The position numbers and the translations under genes are program-made. From a virus (lineage: Duplodnaviria; Heunggongvirae; Uroviricota; Caudoviricetes), in the IMG/VR virus record IMGVR_UViG_3300031555_002904: a DNA stretch of 64,000 nt; one strand, 5' to 3'. This document shows, in pieces, positions 1-8,587 of this stretch. Within the stretch, counting starts at the first letter, position 1, and each line of letters opens with the position of its first letter. The notes under the pieces are model-generated. The model was given only the letters and a program-made list of their open reading frames with translations. It made no database searches and was not told where the DNA came from.

Positions 1-558
1 ATTCGGTATTTTGCCGATGGTGGCAATTATGTCATCGACGGTCATCCTACTCTAGTCATCGGCGGAGCTTATTCTGTTGATAAGTATTGGCGGCTCATTC
101 GGGCCGGATACTCTGCGACTGATGGGGCTATTGCAGACCCTAAGAAATGCGGCTGGTTTAAAGATGAGTGTCTAACCCAAGAGGAAATGACTGCCATCCA
201 GGAGAGTAATGTTGGCAAGAAGTTTGACCTTGTGCTCACTCATACCTGTCCCTTTGATTGGGAGCCTACTGACCTCTTTCTTGGTTGCATTGACCAGACT
301 ACTGTAGATACCTCTATGGAATGGTGGATGAACCAGGTTAAGGATACTTTCGATTGGAACGTATGGCTTTTCGGTCATTTCCATGCAGACCGGATTGAGC
401 GGCCTCATGTTCAACAGTTCTATATGGATTATGAAGATTTGGATAGCATCTGGAATCGGTGGAATGACCAGTGTACTTACGCTGACGAGTGGGATTTGGA
501 TAAGAGTCCTTATATGGCTCTGTGGGATATGGAGACTGATTATGGCAAAAAATGCTGA
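1..558 (+). CDS. calcineurin-like metallophosphoesterase, C-terminal part (5' end outside window)
   Basis: Frame 1 is open from base 1; the translation ends ...WLFGHFHADRIE..., a GHxH metallophosphatase motif; stop is TGA at 556-558. Confidence 0.55.
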   Translation: MRYFADGGNYVIDGHPTLVIGGAYSVDKYWRLIRAGYSATDGAIADPKKCGWFKDECLTQEEMTAIQESNVGKKFDLVLTHTCPFDWEPTDLFLGCIDQTTVDTSMEWWMNQVKDTFDWNVWLFGHFHADRIERPHVQQFYMDYEDLDSIWNRWNDQCTYADEWDLDKSPYMALWDMETDYGKKC

Positions 559-754
559 TTTTGTTATTCCATTTCATTTTGTAATGAGAATTAAGGACAT
601 TCCAGAAGATGAATTAGAAGATTATGTAAATGACATTCAAATGGCATTACATGAAATATTCTATTCCAGCGATATAGACGACGACCATTTCGAGGTAAAA
701 ATTTGTGCTCCCGATTACGCAAAAAGTTATAAGGAGTATGTTTATGAGGATTAA
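542..754 (+). CDS. hypothetical small acidic protein
   Basis: ATG at 542 overlaps the upstream stop; 70 aa ORF in the + gene array. Confidence 0.4.
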   Translation: MAKNADFVIPFHFVMRIKDIPEDELEDYVNDIQMALHEIFYSSDIDDDHFEVKICAPDYAKSYKEYVYED

Positions 755-1001
755 AGATTATCTAATTGCCGTGGGAACTGCGGCCGCAGGTGCCTTAGCG
801 ATTACACTTCTTCTTGCTCTTCTGGCATTAATTGGCTGGCCTGTCGTTTGGGTTGTTCTTGTTGTTGTATTCTTACCTAAGACCTACTCTTGGGCAGTTG
901 AATATCGTGAGAACAGAGAACCTAACTATATTGGCTATTTAATTGAAAAAGCCGAAAATGCTTTTAAAGGCAAGTCTAAAGACAGTAAGATTGAATTTTA
1001 A
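744..1001 (+). CDS. small membrane protein
   Basis: AAGGAG at 731-736 then ATG 744; two hydrophobic helices (AITLLLALLALIGWPVVWVVLVVVFL). Confidence 0.5.
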   Translation: MRIKDYLIAVGTAAAGALAITLLLALLALIGWPVVWVVLVVVFLPKTYSWAVEYRENREPNYIGYLIEKAENAFKGKSKDSKIEF

Positions 1002-1004
1002 GTA

Positions 1005-1034
1005 AAGACCCTATGGCAACCATAGGGTCTTTAT
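1005..1034 (+). terminator. rho-independent terminator
   Basis: Hairpin aagaccctatgg/caac/ccatagggtctt followed by a T run. Confidence 0.6.
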
Positions 1035-1062
1035 TGATTTTTTATAAAAAATATGTTATAAT
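1034..1062 (+). promoter_or_regulatory. conserved phage promoter P1 (TTGATT-17-TGTTATAAT)
   Basis: -35 TTGATT 1034-1039, 17 nt A/T spacer, extended -10 TG-n-TATAAT 1057-1062, then ATATATAG; first of about 18 near-identical copies. Confidence 0.7.
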
Positions 1063-1092
1063 ATATATAGAAAGTAAAGAGAGGAGAAAGTT

Positions 1093-1278
1093 ATGAATAA
1101 GTTTTATAGCGAGATTGATAAGGCTCTCCAATCTTACGAGAATTATAAGCCTTACCACACACGCAGTATTGAATGGATTTCCAATCGAATCTCTTGGTGT
1201 TGGAAATGGCGAAAAATCACAAAGGAACAGATGGAAGAACTCTGTGATAGAGTAATCAAAGTTTTAGAAGGGGATTGA
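1093..1278 (+). CDS. hypothetical protein
   Basis: RBS GAGAGGAGAAAG then ATG; 61 aa. Confidence 0.5.
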   Translation: MNKFYSEIDKALQSYENYKPYHTRSIEWISNRISWCWKWRKITKEQMEELCDRVIKVLEGD

Positions 1279-1282
1279 TACT

Positions 1283-1423
1283 ATGATTATTAAGTACATT
1301 TGGTGTACCAGCCGTTATGATAAGCATTATCGCAAGTGGCATGAACGAACCTGGAAGGGATGGTTCTTATTCGGTTTCATTCCTCTGTATGTTACTACTG
1401 TTGAGTATTTAATTAAAGGTTAA
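1283..1423 (+). CDS. hypothetical small protein (46 aa)
   Basis: ATG overlaps the upstream stop; fills the gap before 1437. Confidence 0.3.
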   Translation: MIIKYIWCTSRYDKHYRKWHERTWKGWFLFGFIPLYVTTVEYLIKG

Positions 1424-1436
1424 AGGAGGCGACATT

Positions 1437-2177
1437 ATGTTAGCTGGTATCTATGATTCTTTCCAGCACTGGGGCGAAAAGCACCAGACTGTCTGGATTT
1501 ATTCCGACCCTCACTTCAATGATGATGAACTTGCCGGCGGCATTAAGGGTCGTCCTTCCGCCGAAGAGCAGGTTAAGAGAATCAACGCAAAGTGCGGCCG
1601 CCGCGACTGTCTGGTTATTCTGGGCGACGTTGGTGACATCGAGTATGTGCGTCAGCTTCGTGCTGAATATAAGGTTCTGATTATGGGTAACCATGATGCC
1701 GGCGCTTCTAACTACAAGCGCAAGGTCATTACTCGTGTTTATGACCAGGATAAGTTCACCAAGGAAGAAGTTCTCGCTGAAATGAGAATGTATTTCCATA
1801 ATTGGAAAATTACCATCAATGAGTCTTGGGAGTTTCACGCTCCTTTTAAGCGTTGGGTCGCAACTGCAGACAACCTGCTGTTCGATGAGGTGTATGAGGG
1901 TGCCCTCATCGTTGGTGAGAAGTTGATTCTGACTCATGAGCCTGTGGAAATTCCTTGGTTGTTTAACATCCATGGTCATGACCATGCCGGTCATAAGAGA
2001 GCTAACCACCTGAACGTCTGCTCTGATGTCATTGGTTGGGAGCCTGTGAACTTCACTCAATTCCTCAAGTCTGGTTTTGCTTCCAAAATTCAGACTATCC
2101 ATCGTGAAACCATTGATAACGCTACCAAGCGTAAGGCTAAGCGTGGAGGTAAGAAAATTGGCGAAGTTCGTCGTTGA
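1437..2177 (+). CDS. calcineurin-like metallophosphoesterase
   Basis: RBS AAAGGAGG; motifs DPHFND, LGDVGD, GNHD, HGHDH. Confidence 0.8.
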   Translation: MLAGIYDSFQHWGEKHQTVWIYSDPHFNDDELAGGIKGRPSAEEQVKRINAKCGRRDCLVILGDVGDIEYVRQLRAEYKVLIMGNHDAGASNYKRKVITRVYDQDKFTKEEVLAEMRMYFHNWKITINESWEFHAPFKRWVATADNLLFDEVYEGALIVGEKLILTHEPVEIPWLFNIHGHDHAGHKRANHLNVCSDVIGWEPVNFTQFLKSGFASKIQTIHRETIDNATKRKAKRGGKKIGEVRR

Positions 2178-2187
2178 TGAAGAAGTC

Positions 2188-2421
2188 GCCATGGCTACCA
2201 TTGAAAAATGGCAATCTGGCGAATTAACAAAAGCCCTGTTTAGGGATGTATTTTCCAAAAGTCAAGAAGTAAAATGCTGCGATACTTGCGGCGACGGCAG
2301 AGGTCCGTTTTCAACACGCGGCATTGAAGGAAAATGCTATTGTAAGAGAAGCCGCAAATATGAAAAACCTACACACTACTGTGCAGCTTGGAAGGAGAAG
2401 AGAAAAAATGCCAGTGAATGA
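2188..2421 (+). CDS. small Cys-rich protein
   Basis: In-frame ATG inside ORF 2077-2421; contains CCDTCGDG...CYC. Confidence 0.35.
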   Translation, partial: AMATIEKWQSGELTKALFRDVFSKSQEVKCCDTCGDGRGPFSTRGIEGKCYCKRSRKYEKPTHYCAAWKEKRKNASE

Positions 2422-3214
2422 TGCTCTTGGCACTCGTATGAAAACTTTCTACGAGCAGGTGCCGAAAACCCGTTTGGTGAGACGAATGCCCGTCGCAATT
2501 CGCCTCGACGGTAAAGCCTTCCACACTTTCACTCGTGGCTTCCAAAAGCCTTTCGATAAAGTGCTGGGAAATGCGATGGTAAAAACCATGGAACATCTGT
2601 GTAGAAATATCCAGGGTTGTGTCTTCGGTTACACCCAGTCTGACGAAATCACTCTCCTGTTGATTGACTACCAGACTCTCGATACCAGTGCCTGGTTCGA
2701 TTATGAAGTACAGAAGATGTGTTCTATCTCTGCTTCTATGGCAACCATGGCGTTCAACAAATATTTTGCCGAGGAAGTTGGTACTTGGCGTAGCCGTCAG
2801 TGGAGCGACCCTCGTCACACTGACCCCGAATGGTGGGAGCAGCAGGATAAGCTATATAGTCTTTACTGCGAGAAAGCATCTATTGGTGCTATGTTCGACT
2901 CTCGCGTGTTCAACATTCCCAAAGAGGAAGCCTGTAATCTGATTTACTGGCGCCAGCTTGACGCAACCCGCAACTCCATTCAGATGGTTGGTCAGGCATT
3001 CTTCTCTCACAGTAAGCTCCAGGGTTGCTCTTGTAGCGTAATCCAAGATATGCTCCACGAGCAAAAAGGTATCAACTGGAACGATTTTCCAACTCGTTGG
3101 AAGCGTGGCACTGCCTGGACTCGTGAAACCGGTATTGACTACGATATGCCGATTCTCAAAGGTGAGGACCGCAAATATGTTGATAAAGTAATTTATATAG
3201 AGGAAGGAATGTAA
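2408..3214 (+). CDS. Thg1-like protein (tRNA-His guanylyltransferase family, tRNA 5'-end repair)
   Basis: RBS GGAGAAG; MKTFYE...RLDGKAFHTFTRG...YTQSDEITLLL matches the Thg1/TLP core. Confidence 0.7.
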   Translation: MPVNDALGTRMKTFYEQVPKTRLVRRMPVAIRLDGKAFHTFTRGFQKPFDKVLGNAMVKTMEHLCRNIQGCVFGYTQSDEITLLLIDYQTLDTSAWFDYEVQKMCSISASMATMAFNKYFAEEVGTWRSRQWSDPRHTDPEWWEQQDKLYSLYCEKASIGAMFDSRVFNIPKEEACNLIYWRQLDATRNSIQMVGQAFFSHSKLQGCSCSVIQDMLHEQKGINWNDFPTRWKRGTAWTRETGIDYDMPILKGEDRKYVDKVIYIEEGM

Positions 3215-3220
3215 AATATT

Positions 3221-3460
3221 ATGGTTTGTCCTAAATGTGGAAGCACAAATGTAAATACTCAAGCAGTTGCTGTTACTAAAAACAAACATCATGGATTATT
3301 GTGGTGGATTTGCTGGGGATGGTTTTGGGTGCCAATGAAATGGCTCTTTTTTACGTTACCTGCTCTAGTGTTTAAAATCTTTGCTCCAAAGCGAACAAAA
3401 ACTAAAGTTCAAACTTATTGCTCTTGTCAGCAATGTGGTTATACTTGGAGGGTTCACTAA
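3221..3460 (+). CDS. zinc-ribbon membrane protein
   Basis: CPKCGS...CSCQQCGY pair of CxxC motifs flanking a W-rich transmembrane segment. Confidence 0.5.
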   Translation: MVCPKCGSTNVNTQAVAVTKNKHHGLLWWICWGWFWVPMKWLFFTLPALVFKIFAPKRTKTKVQTYCSCQQCGYTWRVH

Positions 3461-3591
3461 TGGATATTCGTGGTTTTCTGACTTGTGTCGCAATGTGGCT
3501 GTGTAGCGTTGATGGCTACAATGCCATTCAGTATGCTCGCCACTATTGGCGATTTAGAACAGCTAATAAAACATTGGCTAATTAAAAAGAT

Positions 3592-3620
3592 AAGCCCTTT
3601 CTCAACAGAAAGGGCTTATT
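3592..3620 (+). terminator. rho-independent terminator
   Basis: aagcccttt/ctcaacaga/aagggctt then T run. Confidence 0.6.
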
Positions 3621-3648
3621 TGATTTTTATAAAAAAATATGTTATAAT
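3620..3648 (+). promoter_or_regulatory. conserved phage promoter P2
   Basis: TTGATT 3620-3625, 17 nt spacer, TGTTATAAT ending 3648; directly upstream of the sigma gene. Confidence 0.7.
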
Positions 3649-3694
3649 ATATATAGAAAATGAAAAAAGATAAAGTTTGATAGGAGAGTGCATA

Positions 3695-4597
3695 ATGGAA
3701 CAGAATGAAGTTATGATTATGGAAGAAGATGCTCGTGAAATGAACGAGACCTATGATTATGATACCAATGTTGTTCTGGATGGTGTTAAGGCTTATCTAA
3801 AGTCTATTGGCAATCATCCTCGCCTGTCTTTTGACCAGGAGAAGGAACTTTCTGTTAAGGCTCTCGCAGGCGACAGAGATGCGGTAAACACTCTGGTTGA
3901 GTGCAATCTGCTTCTGGTTGTATCTGTTGCGAAGAAGTATTATGGTTGCGGCTTGCCGCTGCTTGACCTCATCCAGGAGGGCAATCTCGGTCTGATTAAG
4001 GCGGCTGAAAAGTACGATGGCTCCAAGGGCTTCCGATTCTCTACCTACGCAACTTACTGGATTCGCCAGGCCATTTCTCGCGCACTGGGCGACCAATCTC
4101 GTACCATTCGTATTCCTGCTAATATGGTTGAACTCCTGTCTAAGGTGAAGAAGGCAACTGCGGAACTCACTCAGAAGCTCGGCAGAGCTCCCTCTGATAA
4201 GGAAATTGCGGCTCATATGGGCGTTGAACTGGACAAGGTCCAGACTGTTATGGACCTGGCACAGGCTACTACCTCTCTCGACACCCCCGTTGATGATGAG
4301 GGTGAAACCTGTATGGGCGACCTAATTGCGGACCACAGTGCAGAGAATCCTATGGCAAATATTATCCGTGAAGCGAACAGTCAGATTATCGCTGCGGTAT
4401 TTGACACTCTGGGCGCTCGTGAAGCTGAAATTCTCAAGATGCGTTTCGGTATTGATGCCGAAAAGGCTATGACTCTTGAGGAAGTTGGTCAGCACTATGG
4501 CCTGTCCAAGGAGCGTATTCGCCAGATTGAAAATAAGGCTATCCGTAAGCTCAGAAATCCTGTTCGTGCGAAGATGCTAAAGGAGGCCATGGCATAA
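3695..4597 (+). CDS. RNA polymerase sigma-70 family factor (regions 1.2 to 4)
   Basis: RBS AGGAGAG; region 2 [20 protein letters not shown]...[13 protein letters not shown]; region 4 ILKMRFGI...TLEEVG...[17 protein letters not shown]. Confidence 0.9.
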   Translation: MEQNEVMIMEEDAREMNETYDYDTNVVLDGVKAYLKSIGNHPRLSFDQEKELSVKALAGDRDAVNTLVECNLLLVVSVAKKYYGCGLPLLDLIQEGNLGLIKAAEKYDGSKGFRFSTYATYWIRQAISRALGDQSRTIRIPANMVELLSKVKKATAELTQKLGRAPSDKEIAAHMGVELDKVQTVMDLAQATTSLDTPVDDEGETCMGDLIADHSAENPMANIIREANSQIIAAVFDTLGAREAEILKMRFGIDAEKAMTLEEVGQHYGLSKERIRQIENKAIRKLRNPVRAKMLKEAMA

Positions 4598-4598
4598 A

Positions 4599-4832
4599 AT
4601 GAAATATCGTATTATCAAAGAAGATGAGCTAAGAGAACTAATCTATGCTGCAAATAAGTGTTGCGCATTAGAGCAAGGTGGAGTTGATAACTGGACCTGG
4701 TATGGAGAGTCTTGTCACGACTTCCTGGAACAATGTAGCCAGGATATCGGACGAGATATCGAAGACCTTGAAGAACTGGCTGATATTGACCTTGCAGCTT
4801 ATCCAGAGATAGAAATTGAAGAGGGAGATTAA
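4599..4832 (+). CDS. hypothetical acidic protein
   Basis: ATG overlaps the sigma stop (TAAAATG); 77 aa. Confidence 0.5.
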   Translation: MKYRIIKEDELRELIYAANKCCALEQGGVDNWTWYGESCHDFLEQCSQDIGRDIEDLEELADIDLAAYPEIEIEEGD

Positions 4833-4845
4833 ACTCCCTCTTTTG
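4821..4845 (+). terminator. rho-independent terminator
   Basis: gaggga/gattaaac/tccctc then TTTT. Confidence 0.55.
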
Positions 4846-4871
4846 ATTTTTATTAAAAAATATGATATAAT
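4843..4871 (+). promoter_or_regulatory. conserved phage promoter P3
   Basis: TTGATT 4843-4848, 17 nt spacer, TGATATAAT 4863-4871. Confidence 0.7.
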
Positions 4872-4909
4872 ATATATGTAAAGAATGAAAGAAAGGAATT
4901 GATGAATAT

Positions 4910-5818
4910 ATGAATTTTTACTTAGACTTTGAGGCAACGAGATTTTCAAATCGAATTATCAGTATCGGCTGCGTCGCTGGAACGGGTGAGACATTTGAAA
5001 CATATGTCAAGCCTGGCGACAAAAAGAAGGTCGATAAGTTCATCACCGAACTGACCGGTATTACCAATGAAATGCTGGCTGAAGCTCCGGACGCAGATGC
5101 TGCGTTCAAGATGCTGTATGATTTCATTGAAGCCAATAGCGACGGTGAAGCTCCTGCCTATTATGTCTACGGCAATTCGGATGCCGAATTTATCAATTCC
5201 ACACTCCGTCATATGAGCGATACGCAGGCTTGTGTCTGCGCCCAGGCTATCGCAGGCAATCTAATTGACTACGCATCTGTGGTGAAGAAGTTCTTCGTCG
5301 CAAAGAACGACCTGGCTCTTCGTAAGGTGTATATGCTTATCCAGGAGCAGAAAGAACTGGTTCAGAAGCATGATGCTCTGGAAGACGCTCGTATGCTTGA
5401 AACCGTTGTGGCTCACTTGTATGATAAGTGTAAGCCCGAAGATAAGGAAACTATTCTGGCTATGCCTTCTCAGCCTCGTCCCCATATCGGCAAAAAGGCT
5501 CCTGCGGTTTTCCAGAAGTGGAATTCTCAGCCTAAGTGGGAAGCAGAAACTGGCGCTGATGAAAATCATTGGATGCTCAAGTGCGTCGACCAACATAGCG
5601 GTCAGGCAAAGTATTTCAACGATTTCAACACCGCTGCTTTGTGGGTTATCAAGTACATCGCCCGCAATGTCAGTCCTAAGAACGCTGACTCTGTAAGAAA
5701 GATTGAGGCTGCGGTCAAGGCCGCTCCTCAGACTGGAAAGTGCCGTTATAATTGCTATTGGGAGTATTCTCCCGAGGGAGCAATTGCGGCCGCCGCTAAG
5801 GAGGAAGCTAATGACTAA
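4910..5818 (+). CDS. DEDDh 3'-5' exonuclease (DnaQ-like) with C-terminal extension
   Basis: YLDFEAT (exo I), YGNSDAEF (exo II), HDALEDARML (exo III). Confidence 0.7.
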   Translation: MNFYLDFEATRFSNRIISIGCVAGTGETFETYVKPGDKKKVDKFITELTGITNEMLAEAPDADAAFKMLYDFIEANSDGEAPAYYVYGNSDAEFINSTLRHMSDTQACVCAQAIAGNLIDYASVVKKFFVAKNDLALRKVYMLIQEQKELVQKHDALEDARMLETVVAHLYDKCKPEDKETILAMPSQPRPHIGKKAPAVFQKWNSQPKWEAETGADENHWMLKCVDQHSGQAKYFNDFNTAALWVIKYIARNVSPKNADSVRKIEAAVKAAPQTGKCRYNCYWEYSPEGAIAAAAKEEAND

Positions 5819-6092
5819 GACTATGACGGTCGGAGAGCTGATGAAGCAGTTGGCGGTTTTCCCGCCAGAATTACCTATCTTTTTCTATGATATAGATAAA
5901 GAGCGAGATTCCAACCTGGAAGTTCTTGAGTTGGCTGGGCCGCAGCTTAACCCCGATGATGGAGGGAATATTATTCCTTCTTCCCCTTATTACTGTAAGG
6001 GAGTTTGTAATGTTGAAGATTATTGGCAGGAACATGGAAATACAATTTTCCTTTGCCTGCGTGAACAGACATATAAGGAGAGACACGAATGA
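5811..6092 (+). CDS. hypothetical protein, paralog of the next gene
   Basis: RBS GGAGGAAG; VGELMKQLAVFPPELPIFFY...EVLEL matches the same motif in 6089-6445. Confidence 0.5.
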   Translation: MTKTMTVGELMKQLAVFPPELPIFFYDIDKERDSNLEVLELAGPQLNPDDGGNIIPSSPYYCKGVCNVEDYWQEHGNTIFLCLREQTYKERHE

Positions 6093-6445
6093 GATATACT
6101 ACCGTTGCTGATTTGATTTCTGCTTTGCAGAAGATGCCCCAGGATGCTCCCGTTTTTAGCTATTCTGAAACCGATGAATGCGATAGTCGTATTGAAGTTG
6201 TGGAATTGTATACGCCTACAAAGGAAGATGAAGACGATTTTGCGACTGCGGTCGCAGAAAACCCCGAATGGCCCTGGATTACTCCCCCTCATGGTTGCCA
6301 GGGAGATTCTTATGTTGCTGACTACTGGAGAGAAAATAAAAAGGTTTCTCCTGTCGTATATGTCAGAGAATCTGTCTGGGAAGATAGAGATAATACAAAA
6401 AATGGAATTAGAAAGGAGAATGTGCTATGCATTGTGGATATGTAA
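6089..6445 (+). CDS. hypothetical protein, paralog of 5811-6092
   Basis: ATG overlaps the upstream stop (ATGA); VADLISALQKMPQDAPVFSY...EVVELY. Confidence 0.5.
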   Translation: MRYTTVADLISALQKMPQDAPVFSYSETDECDSRIEVVELYTPTKEDEDDFATAVAENPEWPWITPPHGCQGDSYVADYWRENKKVSPVVYVRESVWEDRDNTKNGIRKENVLCIVDM

Positions 6446-7845
6446 CTACTTTGAAGGATGTACGTCCCCATCCTAACGCAGATAAGCTGGTTCTGGCAAC
6501 CTGCTTTGTAAATACTGTCTGCGTCGCAAAGGATAAGTACACCGAGGGCGAGATTGGTGTATATTTCCCCGTAGACCTGCAGCTGTCTATGGAGTTTTGT
6601 CAGAAGAACGGTCTTTTGGCTGTATATGAGAACGGAAAGAATGTTTCCGGCGGCTATATGGACCCCGCTAAGAGAAATGTAAAGGCAATTAAGCTGCGTG
6701 GTGAGCAGTCTGATGGTCTGTTCCTACCTTTGTCTTGTCTCGCCTACACTGGCGTAGATATGGACTCCTTGAATATCGGCGACTCCATCACTACTGTGAA
6801 TGGACATGAAATCTGCCGTAAGTACATTCCTCGCAGCAAGCATCAGGCAACTGCGGCCGGCGGTGCTGGTAAGCGCGCAAAGCGTAAGGCAAAGCGCTCT
6901 ATCGCACCTGTGTTCTATGAGCACATTGATACTGAGCAGTTGGCTTACAACCTACATGTGTTTAAGCCTGGTGACTTGATTGAGATTACTCGTAAGCTCC
7001 ACGGAACTTCCGCTCGTACTTCTCATACCAAGGTTTTGAAGGGCTTTAAGCGTACTTTACTGGATATTATCCTGCGTCGTGAGGGCACTCCTATCTACGA
7101 TTGGGGTTATGTATCTGGTACTCGCCGCACTGTTCTGGATACTTTTGATGGTGGTTTCTACGGCTCTAATGAGTTCCGTAAGCCTTATCACGATTTCTTT
7201 GAGGGCAAGTTGCTGAAGGGCGAGACTGTCTACTACGAGATTGTTGGCTTCACTCACGAGGGTCAGCCTATTATGGGCGTATGTAACAACAAGAAGCTGA
7301 ACGATAAGGAGTTCGTAAAGAAGTATGGCGAGACTACTACTTTCTCTTACGGCTGCGCTCCTGGTGTTCAGTACGAACTTGAGTTCAATGAGCAAGGTGA
7401 TGTTGTAAACCGCATCCCCTTCTACCACAAGAACGATATCTATGTATATCGTATGACCATGACTAACGAGGATGGCGAGGTTGTAGAGTACACTCCTGAC
7501 CAGATGCGTCATCGTTGTATGTACATGGGTGTTAAGACCGTTCCTCTGCACTGGTATGGCTTCATTCCCGAGAATCCTGGTTCCAAGGAAGATGACACTA
7601 TCTCTGCCGGTGAATGGGTCTTGAATAAGGCAGAACAGTTCTACGATGGTGAAGAGCCTATTGACCCTACTCACATCCGTGAGGGCGTCGTAGTTCGTGT
7701 AATCAATCGTCCTACTTTCACCGCCTATAAGCACAAGAACTTCCAGTTCAAGGTGCTGGAAGGCATCATCAAGGAGAACGCCGAGGCTCCTGATATGGAG
7801 GAAGCAGATGGACTGGACGAGGATACTGAGGCCGAAACTGTTTGA
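6427..7845 (+). CDS. RNA ligase-like nucleotidyltransferase with N-terminal tRNA-binding (Myf/EMAP OB-fold) domain
   Basis: N-terminus HPNADKL...KAIKLRGEQSDGLFL (tRNA_bind signature); ligase motif I ITRKLHGTS; motifs IV/V EGVVVRV, AYKHKNFQFK. Confidence 0.65.
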   Translation: MHCGYVTTLKDVRPHPNADKLVLATCFVNTVCVAKDKYTEGEIGVYFPVDLQLSMEFCQKNGLLAVYENGKNVSGGYMDPAKRNVKAIKLRGEQSDGLFLPLSCLAYTGVDMDSLNIGDSITTVNGHEICRKYIPRSKHQATAAGGAGKRAKRKAKRSIAPVFYEHIDTEQLAYNLHVFKPGDLIEITRKLHGTSARTSHTKVLKGFKRTLLDIILRREGTPIYDWGYVSGTRRTVLDTFDGGFYGSNEFRKPYHDFFEGKLLKGETVYYEIVGFTHEGQPIMGVCNNKKLNDKEFVKKYGETTTFSYGCAPGVQYELEFNEQGDVVNRIPFYHKNDIYVYRMTMTNEDGEVVEYTPDQMRHRCMYMGVKTVPLHWYGFIPENPGSKEDDTISAGEWVLNKAEQFYDGEEPIDPTHIREGVVVRVINRPTFTAYKHKNFQFKVLEGIIKENAEAPDMEEADGLDEDTEAETV

Positions 7846-7855
7846 TTTCCAGAGC

Positions 7856-8014
7856 ATGGAAGAATATGGGGAGTGGCTATGTAGCCACTCCCAAGATGTA
7901 CCAGACCCAGGAGAAGTTTGGTGCTTTAGAATACACGCAGAGGATTATTTTTGGATTAAAATTGGCGATGGTGTAAGAAAATATTCTGACCTGTGGCCGA
8001 TGTATGGGAGGTAA
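7856..8014 (+). CDS. hypothetical small protein
   Basis: Internal ATG of ORF 7808-8014 after the upstream stop. Confidence 0.25.
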   Translation: MEEYGEWLCSHSQDVPDPGEVWCFRIHAEDYFWIKIGDGVRKYSDLWPMYGR

Positions 8015-8018
8015 AGTC

Positions 8019-8255
8019 ATGGATAAATATACCCTCCAAGAGCAAGCCTATAAGAAAGGATTTCAAGATGGGTTTGCGGAAGGCGCAGAGAGAGGTAAGT
8101 CTGAGTGGGTATATGCAGATAATAGTGAAATTATCTGTAAGGCTTGCGGTACGCGCCAAGCTAGATTTTATGGAACGGGTGAATCCGTTCATCGCTACGA
8201 ACAAAATTACTGTCACTATTGTGGCTGTTTAATGACATATAATTTGAAAGGATAA
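8019..8255 (+). CDS. small zinc-finger protein
   Basis: RBS GGGAGG, 8 nt, ATG; CKACG...CHYCGC. Confidence 0.45.
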   Translation: MDKYTLQEQAYKKGFQDGFAEGAERGKSEWVYADNSEIICKACGTRQARFYGTGESVHRYEQNYCHYCGCLMTYNLKG

Positions 8256-8512
8256 TGGAAACCATGTTTGAATTTTTAAAAAAGACTCCTACAATCACTC
8301 CTTTGGAAAGTTTACAGAATCGTTCTGCCAGTGCAGTAAGCATTATTCGTTCCACGATTGACCAACTTAAGGCAACTAATGAGGCCATCGACCAGGAACA
8401 CGCAAATAACGATTCTGCCATCGTGAAGTTAAATACAACCAACTCCGCTTTGGAAACTCTAAAGGCGGACAATGCTAAGGTTATCGCAAATTTTGAGAAT
8501 TTGCTGTCCTAA
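8255..8512 (+). CDS. hypothetical protein
   Basis: ATG overlaps the upstream stop; 85 aa. Confidence 0.5.
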   Translation: METMFEFLKKTPTITPLESLQNRSASAVSIIRSTIDQLKATNEAIDQEHANNDSAIVKLNTTNSALETLKADNAKVIANFENLLS

Positions 8513-8524
8513 AAAAGTGTCCTA

Positions 8525-8553
8525 TTGATTTTTTTATAAAAAATTTGTATAAT
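8525..8553 (+). promoter_or_regulatory. conserved phage promoter P4
   Basis: TTGATT 8525-8530, 17 nt spacer, TGTATAAT 8546-8553. Confidence 0.65.
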
Positions 8554-8587
8554 ATATTATAAAGAAAAGTAAAGGAGAATTTCCACC

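Noticed and set aside
383-754. Long version of ORF 383-754 and other track ORFs with early starts (705, 2077, 5703, 14807, 22267, 46118, 33047)
   Set aside because: The upstream parts overlap the preceding genes out of frame. Internal ATGs with proper RBS spacing immediately after the upstream stop are the likelier starts, so shortened coordinates were used.
3461-3600. Searched intergenic gaps (3461-3694, 28911-29075, 57530-57614 and others) for a suppressor tRNA
   Set aside because: No tRNA-like acceptor, T-arm or anticodon-stem pattern was found by eye. None is reported, but a computational scan is still advisable.
3485-3673. ORF 3485-3673 (62 aa)
   Set aside because: It runs straight through the terminator hairpin at 3592-3620 and promoter P2, so it is non-coding regulatory sequence.
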